Source: Rhizodiscina lignyota
Taxonomy: Eukaryota
Direction: 5' to 3'
Length of the DNA stretch: 64,000 nt
NCBI GenBank assembly: GCA_010015805.1
Contig: ML978136.1
Location: 496,001-560,000 of the forward strand
The notes below the pieces were generated by a model. The model was not told where the DNA came from and made no database searches. It saw only the letters and a program-made list of their open reading frames with translations. The translations under genes and the position numbers were made by a program. How positions within the stretch are numbered: the stretch's first letter is position 1; the number at the start of each line of letters is the position of its first letter. Shown piece after piece: positions 34,347 to 47,967 of this stretch.

Positions 34347-37300
34347 ATGTCGTTCGATCCGTCCAGCGGCTACATAGCCGGAGCCTCGAACATCGACGAC
34401 CAGGCAGAACTCCAAGAAACAACGCTCCCAGTCTTCAATGTCGAACGAGTGAGCCTGCAATTCAATATCTCTGCCGACTTTGTCGCGGCACAGGTTGCAA
34501 ACAATGTCCTGGTCCTAGCGTTGAGCAGCGGAAGGGTGCTGAGGATCGATTTGGAGCGACCTGGAGATGTTGATGGTATGTTGGAATATGCTTTTTGCCA
34601 TTTTACTTTACTTCCTGGGCCACTCAAGGCACTATCCCGCTTCAGAATATGTTAGACAAATGCACTGATAACCGCCGCTAGATATCGACCTCCCCAAACG
34701 TCCCTCGGAGATTGGCATCATCCGCCGCATGTTCATGGACCCAACCGCCTCACATCTCCTCATCACCACCACTCTTGCCGAAACGTACTACCTGCACACA
34801 CAATCTCGCACGCCAAAACCGCTGGCCCGTCTAAAAGGTGTTGCGATAGAAAGTGTTGCCTGGAATCCTGCGCAGCCGACGAGCAGCACACGCGAGATAC
34901 TCATTGGCGCGGGCGACGGCAATGTCTACGAGGTCTTCATAGAACCAGTCAGTGAGGGCTGGAGGAGGGAAGAGAAATACATTAAACATGTCTGGCGAGC
35001 AGATGGCCCAGTTGTGGGAGCCTGGGTAGACCCCGTAGAGGGAGCGGCGACCGTGGCAAGGGCGGGACAAGGCGACGTGAGGAGAGTGATCGTTGCGACA
35101 AGAGATAAGGTATATTGCTGGGTGGGAAGAGTGGATCGGGGAGGGCAAGACGGTAGCGGTGGTTCATTTGGGAGGTTCTTTGAGCGAGAGAGCGCCGCTG
35201 TTTATGAAGGCAGAACAAGCGGTGGTGCTCCGGCAATGCTCGCTGTGAGTCCGCAGAGCGACGAGCGTCCGCCATTTGCACTTGAGAATAGCAATGGTGG
35301 GGCGAAAGAAAGAGCATGGGCATGGTTGGAGGGGCGAGGAGTACTGCATGGGAGACTTCTCGCAGACAATGAATTTTCAAGCTTGGGCAGCAGAATGTTT
35401 GCCGAAGCGAAATTGATGGAGCGATCCAAGATCCCACATAGTTTGGCTCCAAGTGGACGGCCAAAATCATCGCAAGAGCCTGCACAGTCTATGATTCTGA
35501 CACAGTGGCATATCGTGCAACTTGTTGAGGGAAGGATAGTCGCGACCAATCGTTTGGACGACTCAGTAGTTCACGATCAGCTCGTCTTGGAGCCTGGGCA
35601 AAGCGCACTAGGATTAGTGGCAGATCCAACGAAGAATACGTACTGGTTGTTCACGACACAGGAGATTTTCGAGATCGTTGTCACTGAGGAGGACAGAGAT
35701 GTCTGGAAGATTATGCTCAAAGCCCAGCGCTTCGATGATGCGTCACAATTTGCGAGAACGTCGGCTCAGAAAGACGCCGTTGCCACAGCATCTGGAGATT
35801 TCTTGGTGCAGAAACACAAATATATGGAGGCGGCGGCGGTTTACGGTCGCAGCACAAAACCATTTGAGCAAGTGGCCTTGACTTTCATTGATAATGGAGA
35901 GCAAGATGCGCTACGGAAGTACCTCGAGACGAAATTGGCGAATCTGAAGAAGAGCTCTGCGATGCAGAGAACAATGGTTGCATCATGGCTTGTAGAAATC
36001 TACATGTCGAAGCTCAACTCATTAGACGACACCATCACAACGAAGGCCGAACTTGCAGAGGGAATGAATCCATCAGAGTCGAGGGACCAACTCGGTGTTG
36101 TGAGAAGGGGATTCCAAGACTTCGCGACGAAATACAAAGATGCTCTCGACAAAAAGACCACATATGAAGTCATAAGCAGCCATGGAAGGGAAGAGGAGTT
36201 GCTTTTTTATGCAACAGTGGTCAACGACTACAACTACGTTCTCTCATACTGGGTGCAGAGGGAGAGATGGCAAGAGAGCTTAAATGTTCTCAAGAAACAA
36301 ACAGATCCCGAAGTATTTTACAAATACAGCACGGTGCTAATGGTGCATGTGCCAGTAGAGTTGGTGGATATTCTGATGCGGCAGAGTAACCTGGACTCTG
36401 AAAAGCTCATTCCGGCACTCTTGAACTACAATAAGCTGGTCAAGGTGTCTCTCAGAGAAGTATGCCAGAGTATTGGGCGTGGAGAGAAGGGCGTCAAGCT
36501 AATCATCTTTGCAGAATCAAGCGATTCGCTACCTGTCGTACTGCATCACACAGCAGCAATCCACAGATCCCGCAATACATAATACTCTAATCAGCATCTA
36601 CGCCTCACATCCTTCAAGAGACGAATCCCAACTCCTCGCCTACCTCCAAGCTCAATCCTACGCCCATGAGCAAAACTACGATGCCGATTTTGCTCTCCGG
36701 CTCTGCATTCAACACCAGCGCGTTCAATCCTGCGTGCACATCTATTCATCAATGGGTCAATTTGCTCAAGCAGTTGACATGGCCCTCAAACACGATGAAG
36801 TCGAACTCGCAGCCAGTGTCGCCGACCGCCCTGAGAATGACCAGGCGCTGCGAAAGAAATTGTGGCTGAAAGTCGCAAAGAAAGTCATTGGCAAGACCGA
36901 AGGAATCAGGGCGGCCATCGAATTCCTGAAGCGCTGCGAACTGCTGAGAATAGAAGATCTGATCCCTTTCTTCCCGGACTTTGTTGTCATCGATGACTTC
37001 AAAGAAGAGATTTGCACGGCGCTCGAGGAGTACTCGCGCCATATTGACGCATTAAAGCGCGAGATGGACGACTCGGCGCGAACGGCGGCGCATATCAAAG
37101 CAGATATCCGAGCTCTGGATTCACGATATGCCATCGTCGAGCCGGGCGAGAAGTGCTTCATATGCCGGCTTCCTCTGCTTGTGCGACAGTTCTTCGTATT
37201 CCCATGCCAGCACGCTTTTCATGGTGACTGTCTGGGCAAGCAGGTCATGGAGCAAAGTGGTATAGCGAGAAGTCGAAAGATCAAGGAACTTCAGGTTGAA

Positions 37301-37462
37301 GTAGGCCGAGGTATGAGCGCAGGGAAGAAGAGGGAGAGAGCTGTGAGAGAGTTGGATAGTCTTGTGGCAAGGGAATGTGTGCTTTGCAGTGAAGGTGCAG
37401 TGAGGCGCGTGGACGAACCGTTTGTCAGAGAGGGGGAGGGAAAGGGAGAGTGGGATTTGTAG
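34347..37462 (+). CDS. PEP3: HOPS/CORVET subunit Pep3/Vps18
   Basis: Three exons (introns 34576-34681 and 36460-36514). MFMDPTASHLLI, EDRDVWKI, FEQVALTF, LRIEDLIPFFPDFVVIDDFKEEIC and a C-terminal RING (CFIC...FPCQHAFHGDC...ECVLC). Confidence 0.96.
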
Positions 37463-37825
37463 CATTATGGTCGGCGATAAGAGATGACACATTCAATATA
37501 CCCGTCATGTAAACATTTAAGCTTCTCGTATTTCAATCGTCAGTGCTGCTCTCAATCTATGAACCGAAGGCTGCGTCTCCTCCAGCCCACTCGAGGCGCG
37601 ATGAAGCTTATGAAACGCCGATCGTTCAGAGCTACGACAGTAGCCACTCTTGTGTCAATAATTGCATACCCGGTCCAGCATGACAACCTCCAGAGCTGCT
37701 TCTGCTTCTCCCTTACATGCTGGTGTTCTTGCTATTGAAAGTCATGTAGTTTGCTGCAGGTGAGGCTATCACCTAAGCACCTTTGGTCCTCCAGTTGTTG
37801 ATGTTCTTTTGCTGTCCTCAGAAAT

Positions 37826-38677
37826 CTACTGAACAAATATTCCTTCAAAGTGTCGACGAGTTTTACCCTTCAGCACAAATCGAGAGAAGTGCTTCTGGAC
37901 GATACTGACGAGCTCTTGGTGTTTGCTGCGGAGTTCGCAGTCGACGTCCGTCCCACCAGGGACTGTGCGGCCCGAACACAACATTAGAGAACCACGACGG
38001 CAGCACTCTGGCATAACGTCGTCGACCAGTCGAAAACTTTCCAACGTCATGGACTCTATGACTGCCAGTACGGTGGGACAGCCCAAGGCGTAATGAGCTG
38101 CCTTAGCAGGTATACACAACGTTATCGTGTCTTCCGTGATGTAAGAGTCCCGATAAAATATGTTCCAGAGTAGAAAATCCCCAGGGAAGCTAGACTGGAC
38201 GTTTGCAAAAGAAATTGTTAGATTCTTCAGCCCCAGGGTTAATCTCCACAGCTTCAAGGCACTAGGTTTTTCGAGGTGATCAGCCCTATGTTCCAGGAGC
38301 GGATCGCCACGGCCTCTATCACGGCATGCATTGCAGCCGACGTTGGCAATGTATACGCTGTGGGCTTGACTGAAGCCTTCAAACTGGTATGCGATAACCA
38401 TTCTGTAGAGTTAGCAGCATTCAACGACGATGCGACAGGTGTCGAACACTCGCTCCAGGACTTCTAGCCGAATCTGGTGACTGGTACTGAGGAGTGGCAG
38501 TATTCGAATGATATCCGAGCCTGGGGCAGGTCCAGTCTGGTGAAAGCTGCAAGTTGAAGGGCCGAGGCGGATGTCTGCCGACTGGAGAATACCCTCATAG
38601 ATCTTGTCACGAAGTTCTCGTGGAAGACCAAGGAGATTAAGCTCTGCTGCGCTTGTTGTATTTCCGTTCGCGGCCAT
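37826..38677 (-). CDS. F-box-like hypothetical protein (needs a GC-AG intron, otherwise a pseudogene)
   Basis: MAANGNTTSAAELNLLGLPRELRDKIYEGIL...PLLSTSHQIRLEVLE. Two same-frame ORFs are separated by one TAA that lies inside a GCTAAC...TACAG acceptor. Putative intron 38403-38453. Confidence 0.62.
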
Positions 38678-39026
38678 TGTAGTTGGGCTTGGAGGATAAT
38701 GGTGAACTGCAGATCTGACGATGAGGAGGTGGATCTGAAGGACGAGAGAGCTTGTGTATGACTTGTTCGAGGACGAATGAAAGGAACAGAGTACGAAGCA
38801 GATGCAATGACAATGAAAGAACTCACAATAATTAACACAAGCTGTGTATGTCATCTGTGTTTGTGTCTCAAGTGGGGCTCCTTTGTCACAGCATTATCGA
38901 ACTTCACGAATGGCAACACAGACCCAATTAGCATTATATACTTCACAGCCAACACGTTACGAGCGATCCGTGTACGGCTCAGCTAGTCTATGGAGAGTAT
39001 GGTTTCCTAAAGTGCAGCTCGCGCAA

Positions 39027-40697
39027 TTACAATGGCTTTGAGCCCTTCGGCAGTTTCACTTTGAAAACCAAAGCCTGGTTGTCTAAGTTGAACCCGGACG
39101 CATCTGCGTATGGGAACTTTCCACCGTCCATGAAGCCTGGTCAAGTCAGCATACAGCCGCCTTCTGCAATTATTATAAGCACTTACCATGCTGCGTGATG
39201 AAATCGTCGTCGCTCAACGAAAACAAGTAGTACTCATCACCACCAATCGGTGCGAGCGCAAGACTCTCCCACTTCTCATTCAGCAATTGTGCATTCTGTG
39301 CGCCTCCGTTGTGCAGTCCGAATCGGTTGAGCTGGCTGTTGACGTTAAAGTCCAGGAAGCTGCAGTATGTGGCAGGCGTGACTCCAGCGTCGAGGACGCC
39401 CTCCTCGCTTGCGATGCTGCCGTTCACCTTGTCATGGACTATGCTCTTGATGTCGGTGGCGGAAGAAATATCGAAGACGTCCGCGTGTCGGTAAATGCTT
39501 AGCGAGGAGCTTTGACCATGGCCATTACCAGAGTCACGAGCAAGGACGAGGTATTGAGTCTCGGAGATGTAGTGGATCTCGCTCTGCGCCGCAACAGCAT
39601 TGTCACCGTCGGAGTCCGTGAAGACGGGAAGCGGGACGACGTACTCGGCCTTGTAGACTGGCTTGCTGCTGCCATATCCGTATCCGTATCCGTGGCTAGA
39701 TGGGATGTCGTACTGCACAAGACGAGCGTAGCGGCGCTTCTTGCCGTGCATACCGCCTTCTTGTTCCAGAGCGCTTTGGATGAGAACGGACATCGTCTTA
39801 CCATCGGATGAGATGGTCAGTCCCTCGAAGCCTTGGTTGTTCTGGCGGCCGTCCTCAGGATCCGATGGGACGACGGTAACATTGGGGTTGTAGATGGGCG
39901 GAGAATCTGCCGAGAAGCTGTCTCATGTTAGCGTATCCTGCTTCCTCGAATCGGAGAATGGGCAAGCGTATCTACCTCTCAGAACCATTGCGGTGGGGAA
40001 TGAATGCGTCAGGAGGCCGAATCGCTTGTAGCATCTTTCCACTTGAGCTAAACTTGTAGATATACGGGCCATACTCGTCGGACACCCAGAACGTGCCATC
40101 GTCATTCAGAATGAGGCCTTCGGCGTCAACGCAGATACCTTCACCACCAGGGCCAGGCAGGCCAAATCCATCTCCGGTGTAAATCGCTCGAGGCAGGTCA
40201 GGGAATCCAGGATACTTGAAGGCACCTTTAGCAGTGCAATCCAAGCCCGTAGTTGGCACGCCATCAGGCCCAGTGAACCTGATCGTATCGAGGTACTTCA
40301 GTTTCAAGTTTGGCGGAGATGGATGAGCGACAGTCGCACTCTCATCCGGTGTCAGGGTAAAGGCGAACTTGTGCACCCTTGACTGGAAATTCAGCGTGCC
40401 TTGCGTATTCCAGCCACGGTCTGGTAGACCCCAAAGGATGCCAGTCCAGCTCTTGCCATGTTTTTTCCAAGCCTTGAGGTCAAGAGCAATTGAGCTGCCT
40501 ATGCCGCCGATGGTGTCGCCGAACTTATCTCGCGCATCGCCAGGGACGAAACCATAGCCCGCGAGCTCTTCGTAGACGTACGTCTTTCCATTGCACGTAG
40601 TCTGGTTTACTACTGGAGATGGTTTGGGGGAGGAGTATGGTGTCGCGCTGGCTATGGCAGCGAGCCCGAGCGTGAGGGCTGGTATGGTGAAATACAT
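39027..40697 (-). CDS. Secreted esterase-like/phytase-like beta-propeller protein
   Basis: Signal peptide MYFTIPALTLGLAAIASA. Motifs LPDRGWN, DAEGL...FWVSDEYGPYIY, NQGFEGL, EKWESLAL and SDDDFITQ. Introns 39918-39975 and 39137-39186; last exon ends LDNQALVFKVKLPKGSKPL*. Confidence 0.9.
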
Positions 40698-41905
40698 TAT
40701 GAGGTAGTGAGTATTTATACAGAACAATTCAGATGAACTAAGGCCTTTATCCAAGATGAAATGACACAACTACCGCCTCAGCAGCAGGAAAGACAGGAAA
40801 TCCTGAAGCCAGCAGCATACACAATGCATTTAATAGCTCTCCAAGCTTCCAAAATAGTGGCCCTACCGGAACGCATCTGCATACACACTCGCCGAGCTCG
40901 CAGCTCGACCAGGCGGCTGGACGAGCAATCGAGCTACAGCATGGATATGGCATGTAACCCACTCGACGACGCACGGCATGCCATCGCCAATCCGTAAGGA
41001 TCGATTCCAACTGGGAACGCTGCGTGGGCGGCGGGGTGGAAAGCTCTTGTACCTGCAGCTTGACGTGGGATGCAGAGCCGCGGGGTCAGCACGAGGTGAG
41101 CGCTGCGGAGGGGATAGGTTGGTTGGTGAATGGGCTGGCGCGTGGCGATCCTCGCGTGCGAGCTGGACGAGATGGCTGGCAGAAGCTTGACAGCACGATA
41201 TTGGTGATACAATTGGCCTGTGGAACTTGACAGGAAACACGCAGTCATTAGCAACGTGGAAATGGCCGTTCAGTAATGGAAGGAGAGACAGTCCTGCGGG
41301 GAGACAGCATCCAAGGATTTAATAGCACCTGTTGGATACGGAAATAAGAGGCGTGAGGTAATTCCCGAGCGCTGAAGCACGCGACCAATATCAATTGCTG
41401 TTCGTCGATGACAGCGCAACAGTACTGCAATAACATTGCCAGTCAGCGTTCACGAGATTTCAAATTCCTAACTCCTTCTCTTCATTCGAATCATTGTTAC
41501 TGGTTGGAATGGGCGCCATCTATTTATTCATCCAACTAAGTCACGTTATCCAGGAAGACGCCGAGATGCGGCTGGATAAGAGACTGCGAATACAGAGTAA
41601 AATGAGGATTTGGGAAGAATAACCAGAGTGGGGCATTGAAGCGATACCTCGTAACTGGTAATGACAATTTCACTTCGAGAGGGTGTCCACATACGCATTA
41701 GATGAGAATGGACGGCGCCTTCACTTGGAAGGGGTCATTCATGGTCGACGATGGGGCCAATGTTGCCGCGAAATCGCAGGCCATTATGCACATTGCTTGT
41801 ATTAGAAGCATCTTGCGAAAGGTATCTATCATCGAAGTCGTAAGTCATGAGAATTCCTCCCCGCTATCTGCGCAACCCGCAGAGAGCATGATAATCAGCA
41901 ACCCT

Positions 41906-44327
41906 TCATCCAACTCTCCGCCTCTTTTTCGGGCTCGCCTCGCCAATGTTGCTCTTCAAACCCATATCCGCTGGGCTTGCCGGCCCACTGGTCGGTCCAC
42001 TACTTGCTACACTTTCCACCTTTCCGCCACCATCAACGTTCAAATTCGCGTTTGGAACGTTGAGGCTCGAATCGCCAAACAGGTCGTCGTCATCAAAGTC
42101 GCCAGACAATCCATTATTTCCCGGGTTCACAGTGTCCGCATCATAGCCGCCAAAGTCAAAGAGGTCCATGTCAGGATTCCCGGTAGCATGCACATCACCA
42201 GCGGCCGGGGCGGCAGACATGTTAGGGAAGTAGTCGTCAGTGTTCACAAAGCTATTTAGGTCCCACTCAGGCGGCAACGAACCTCCCGGTGCGCCCATCT
42301 GCGGCCCAAGAGTGCTGTTTCCATCCATGTCGAGGCCAGGAATTGTACCAGTGGGACTCAGTGGTGTTAACCGCTCCGCGAGATTCTGGACGCGGCGCTC
42401 GTTGTCGTGTTGCAGCTGCTGCAGGTAATCGAGTTTGTTCTGATTCTCAGCAAGCGACTGATTCAGATCAGGCACATTAGGGACGTTGGAGTTGACCAGC
42501 GCGTTGTTGGCATTTGCGTTGGTGTTGCCAATTTTGCTTGCTATGAGAGATAGAGCGTCGTTCTTCTGTTGTGGAGTAAGAGGGGCGGCTCCATTGGCGG
42601 TCTGGTAATTGGACAGTGCGGCAGGGAAGTCGAACGAGCCAGATGTTGGAGTGTTTCCTGAGGCATTGTTGGCAGCATTGATTACCGACATCATCTGCTC
42701 CGTGTTTGGAGTATTGGAACTCGCGGCATTCACATCCTGCAGATGATCAAGAAAATTCGGGCTGTCAGCGTCAGTCTTTATCATCGGTGATGCGGTATTG
42801 TTCGATGAGGCCTGCGCGCTGGATGGACGATTTCTTGAGAACTGAACTTGATTTGGTGGCCGGAAGATTGCACCTTTTCGAGGTGGGGTCTCAGACGCGG
42901 GTGAAGGTGTCACGGTAGTTGCACGACCACCAGAGAGATGTGAAGCGGCATCCTTTCCGTCTGGCGCTGGAAGTAATGCAAGCGGGCGTCTGTTCGGTCG
43001 TGGAGGTTGGTTTTGTGGTCTTGGGTTGACGTCGTCCATGTCTCCCACGTCAACGACATTGCCGTGTTGCTGCATGTTCTCCGGAATCGCATGTGCGAAC
43101 ATGTCCGCGAGATTTGTACCACTATGACCTTCCAGGCTGCGATTATAGAATGTCGCGAGGAAAGTCAGGATTGCGTTTATAGAGTTCTCATGCCTATCGT
43201 GTAATGTCTGAAATGCGCTCGCTTGCTGGTACAGCTGGTCATTCTGCCGTTTGATCTGAGCAATGACCGATGATATGAACTTTTGCTGGTTTTGGAGCTG
43301 GCGCAACTCTTGTCGTACCGCATTCAACTCAGTCTTTGGCAGCGTGATGAGATCTTGGCGCGTATTGGCAGCATCCATCGGCTGGGCCGTCGGAGTCCTG
43401 TCAGTTTCCGGCAGAAGCCTCTTCGTTTCCTCGTCGCTGTCACCCTCGCCTTTCTCGCCCTTTTTCCGCTTCCCAGTAGATGGGGTGTTCTTTGGCTTCT
43501 GGATAAGCCACAGCAGCTCAGGTCTCCCCCTCTTGAAAAACTCATTGTAATATTCACTCGGTGTCTTCCGCTTGTTTTCGCTCGCCTTCATCGAGTTGTC
43601 GGACAATCCCACACGCTTGTGGAATCCATACATGTTCAGCTGTCGAACGAAAGAGGCGTAGTTATTGTGCTTGAAGAGTTCCGGAATGAGCGTCTTTGCA
43701 AACTCGTCTTCGTCAAGGACTATGAAAGAGTTGCCGTCGTCAGACCATCGGATGAGGTCAGTATTCTTCGACTCGTCGAGGAAACTATAGATACAATTAG
43801 CTCCATCCACAGAGAGGGGAGATGATGTGTTACCTGCTCAACTTCTGCACAAAGGGTGGGATCTGTTTCCGCTTCGACTGCGCTTCCTTCTTCGCAGCCA
43901 TCGCCCTCTTTTCGAGCTCTTCATCGTTCTCTACTGTTGTAGTCGGCCATTCCGAAACCTGCCCAGTGTTATCCAGGTCCTGCCAGAGATTTCCACCCGC
44001 CGGCTTCGACCGCGCCGCAATCTGCTGGTTTGTATTTCGACGAACCAACTGATTTGATGATGCCGCCGCAGTATTCTGTGTATTCGCCATGTTATTCAAT
44101 GCATTGTTGTAATAATTCGCATCGAAATTTGACCCGCTATCGTAGGGGTTGCCAGCTCCATTCAGGCCCTCCACGGTATTCCAGTCCATGAACTGGTCTC
44201 CTGAGTTGGCGGAGGTATCCGGGTAGGCGCTAAAGTTGTTGCTGTTGAACATCGGAGGTGTGGACTGCTGCTGCAGCGGTGAAGCACCCGGTGCTGGGCG
44301 TTTACGATTGGGTAGTTGTCCCTGCAT
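41906..44327 (-). CDS. HSF1: Heat shock transcription factor
   Basis: Intron 43785-43833 joins IPPFVQKLS|SFLDE. HSF DNA-binding domain LIRWSDDGNSFIV...LFKHNNYASFVRQLNMYGFHK, followed by a coiled coil and a C-terminal basic NLS-like SPKKRRR. Confidence 0.93.
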
Positions 44328-45245
44328 TTTGCGTAGTGATGAAAGTACGCGTTACGCCTGTGCAAGTCGCGCTGCTGGCCGTTCAGCCTTCACTGAAAAG
44401 TCAAGGAGCGTATGTAGATCTCCGATGTGGTGAAACCCACAATAACTCGCGTAAAGTGACAGATCGAAGAAGTTGTGCGAGGCCTCGAAGGAGTGCGGAC
44501 GACCCGGAAGGCTGGAAAGTTGTAGGTTGGAGCGCTTCGCTTCGCCGGCTTTATAGCTGAAGGTTTACGCGTGTTTAGAACCAGATTGTGGCAGAATGAG
44601 CGTGACACACAGGACTGTGCTTGCCGTCGTTAGGTGGTGGTGGTGGTGAAGTTTGCTGGCTATCAAAGTCAACCGTTGCTCATAACACAGTACGGCGTAG
44701 TTATGCAGACAAGGCGGTGTTGAAGCATTGAGAGTCTGCCCCACGTTTTGCGATTTGTGCCAATGCTCAAAGGATTGTGTCGCTGCTTTGAGAAGAAAGT
44801 TTTCGCGCGAGAAAGTAAGTCTTGTCTTGTCTTGGTGATGGGTTTGGGATGGGTTTACGGATGGCCTATTGCGTGTCTGTGCCGTCTGCCCAGCATCAGA
44901 CAATTCAGATGTCATCCGACTGCAGGAGAATGCCAAGCTTTCGGCGATGCGTGGGGAAATCTGCGGCGCCACACCTCACCTATCACCACGTCTCCGACGC
45001 GAATTTTCCGGACTTCCATGTTGTTATATCCATCAGAAGGTCGTGTAGCTAGAAACGCGCTGACGCGTCTGAATTTGGATCTACTCTGCAGCGTCTGATA
45101 TGAGAGGTTGTAAAATGCCTCTTCCCACGTGCAAAACCTTCGACGCTCTTCGATTAAATGCCATGCTGAATGCACCCAGACTGTATCCTTGATATATCAA
45201 CTCCTATTGCTCCAAACTCCGCACAAACCCAAATCATAGTCGGTA

Positions 45246-47297
45246 CTACCGTCCCACTTCTTGCCTCAGCCTCGCAGCTGCTGTATCCGGCCTAGGTTCT
45301 GGCCAGGAGTCCACAGCTTCGTCAACCTCCTCGAGAAAGCTAGTACTGTTGTGTATTGTCGTTCCGCCCAAGACGACTCTGACCCCAGGCGTACTTGCAT
45401 TGATCTGCGCCACCATTTTTGCCTCTTCATACGTGGTGCCTCCAATCGTGAAGACGATGATGTCTTGCGGCTTGTCCCGAGTAGTTCCGCCACCCTCAAC
45501 AAATGGATACAGCTGCTCCCGCAACCTGCCTTTGATAAGATCTTGCAACGTGGCTTCAAGTCTTGGAGAATGCTGGGTGTAGACATTTTCTACGCCCTTG
45601 AGGCCTTTGAAGCGATCACGTGCGCCGCTGAAAAGGGAGCTCCCAGACTGAAAGAGGTCCGGAATCCCGCCACCAGCATTCGCTACCGACATTGGCTGGA
45701 GAGAGTCATGGTAGGTAAGGAGCTTGGATATGAGATGTGTCCGATGTCTGGACACGTTGCCAGCGACAGAAAGGAGGTCAAGAAGCGTCGGCGTGACGTT
45801 AGATGGGTGCTTTGAATAGCGGAGTGCGTAGATTGCGGTCAGCCGAAGCTTATTGTCTGCGGGGATGTTTGGAGACTGTATTAATCGTTGTAATGTCTAT
45901 GAACGTCAGTTCCTGCAAATAAAAGTTTCTGCTCAGAAGAAGAACTTACCTTGACATCATCGGCATGCTTGTCATGACAAGCTAGACTCTGCTCGAGCTC
46001 ACTGACATCGAGAAGACTATGCTCCCCAACTTGTCGGCTCAGTTCCCCAACAAGAGTGACGTGCTTGGTGACATTTCCGGACAGCTTGCGAAATTCAGGG
46101 TATTCTTCAACGAAACGCTTCATGTCCGCTATAGATTCTAATTGCAAGTTTCCCTTGCTCTTCGAGGCGAATTGCTCCACGTAGTCCTTCGCATTCTGAC
46201 CCAGGTCACCGAAATTGAGGTACATGTTCTTCTTGAAAAATGGATCCTGTTCTTGTGACAAGACAATTTCCTAATATCGTAAGCTAAGGGATATTGGTGG
46301 TGTAAAGAGTGTTTAATGTACCTTGAGTTCAGGTCGAATATCTGGCACATTGCTCAGGTCCACTCTCCCGTTCCGAATCCCTAGTAATTCATGGACCATC
46401 GCTTGATAGGTCCATTGTGTGAGTAAAGGTGTGACAGGATCGTCCCGCCGGTCGACAATCAATAATATAGGGGGCGTATCGGTTTTTCGGAAGTCGAAGA
46501 GGGAGTCTTCTTGTGTGATGTGATACCTCACCTCGGTCGCAAGCTTTCTCGCCAAAAGGCTAGTTTTCGAGTATCGAATAAGAGGCTTCTTCTTGAGAGA
46601 GAGAAGGACAGCCGTAAGCCCCTCCGCCGTGCGCAGCAAGGCGTCTTGGTTCCAAATATCGGGACTATTGCTCCATATTCGATGGCTTGGGTAACCCATT
46701 CCAAAAGTAAACAAATCTGGGTTTATGACCAAGTAGTCTGCGTAGTATTCGAGGACGTTCCGGACGACTTCGTGATCATCTGCCTCTGCCAGCCGTTCTA
46801 AAGAGGATTTCTTGATCACATTGCTGAAGTCTACAACACGTCAGTCTTGCCCCAATTTAAGTTCTGCACCCCAAATCATACATATGTGATATTCTCCATA
46901 TTTTGGTTCCCGTAGTTCGTCGATGAGAAATTGTATCGAATCGGGGGAAGGGCGGACGAAGCAAAGACATCTCAAATGTCGCATCTTCTCTCTTGACTGG
47001 TTATCCAGTCGGCTAATATAATTCTCAGCTTCTACCACAAGGTAAGGGCGTGGCAATGGCGTACTCTGTGAGGTATACTTCATGGTTGAGGAGGGCGGAT
47101 TGGGTGGTTGCGGAGGATATGATTGACACCTTCAATACATTCAGTAAAACTAGCTGCGATGCGAAGATGTCGAAGAACAAACCTACAGTTTCGGTATCAA
47201 GCAAGAGGATCTTCATTTTGGCTGGCGATCCAGAAGCGCTGTCTCCAGCAGACACCATCTTGGTGACGTAGCCGGAGACGGCTTGAACAATGTCCAT
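45246..47297 (-). CDS. VPS45: Sec1/Munc18-family vacuolar sorting protein Vps45
   Basis: Multi-exon. MKILLLDTET, LLNHEVYL, LERLAEADDHEVV, DRRDDPVTPLLTQWTYQAMVHELLGI, GNVTKHVTLVGELS, ENVYTQHSP and GGTTYEEA. Confidence 0.96.
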
Positions 47298-47967
47298 AGC
47301 TGTAAAAGTCCTGGCATAGGTGGTGTTCAATTCTCCGTGACCTCACAGCCTTTGTGCGGTAGTTTAGGGCAACTTTAAGGAGAAAGCAGCAAAGGCGAAG
47401 AAACTAGCTTGCGGATGCGCAGGATATCCATGAATGTGAGCTCTCCTCGCGTGTGGTACGTGGGCCAGAAGTTCGGCGAACATGCGCCACACTAAGTACC
47501 AGGGCTTGGCGCTCTAGCCACCGGAATGTATTCAATGATTCAATTGGAAGTTCTGCGACTGAGGAGATCTGTTCTCAGGGAGCATTACATGTCTCTTCTC
47601 ACTGCAGTCGCCCCGAAGATGTGATCACGGTGAAGTATGATTAAACAATTGATTGCATATCCAAGTCTAGTTCATCCATTCGATAATTAAAGACACCCTT
47701 GAAAGCAATTGGATATCTCGATTGCGCCTCAGCCTGCTGAAATGCTCCAAATCGATTAGAACGGCAATGTGCCGTTGTCCCAGAAAATTATGTTCCTGAC
47801 CTGACCGTATGAGCCTCAAGTCGACTTTGTTTTAAGATGAGAGGAGACTGAATCCGCTCTGCTGTCCCTGCTTCTGCATGGTTCAATGCTCTACGCATTA
47901 GTGCCCATGCATCCACCTATACACAATCCATCCAATTATTCCTTACTTGTTCAGGCACTGCCACAGC

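Noticed and set aside
34347..47297. VPS18 and VPS45 (both vacuolar trafficking) within about 8 kb
   Set aside because: They are separated by unrelated genes and nothing in the sequence indicates functional clustering.
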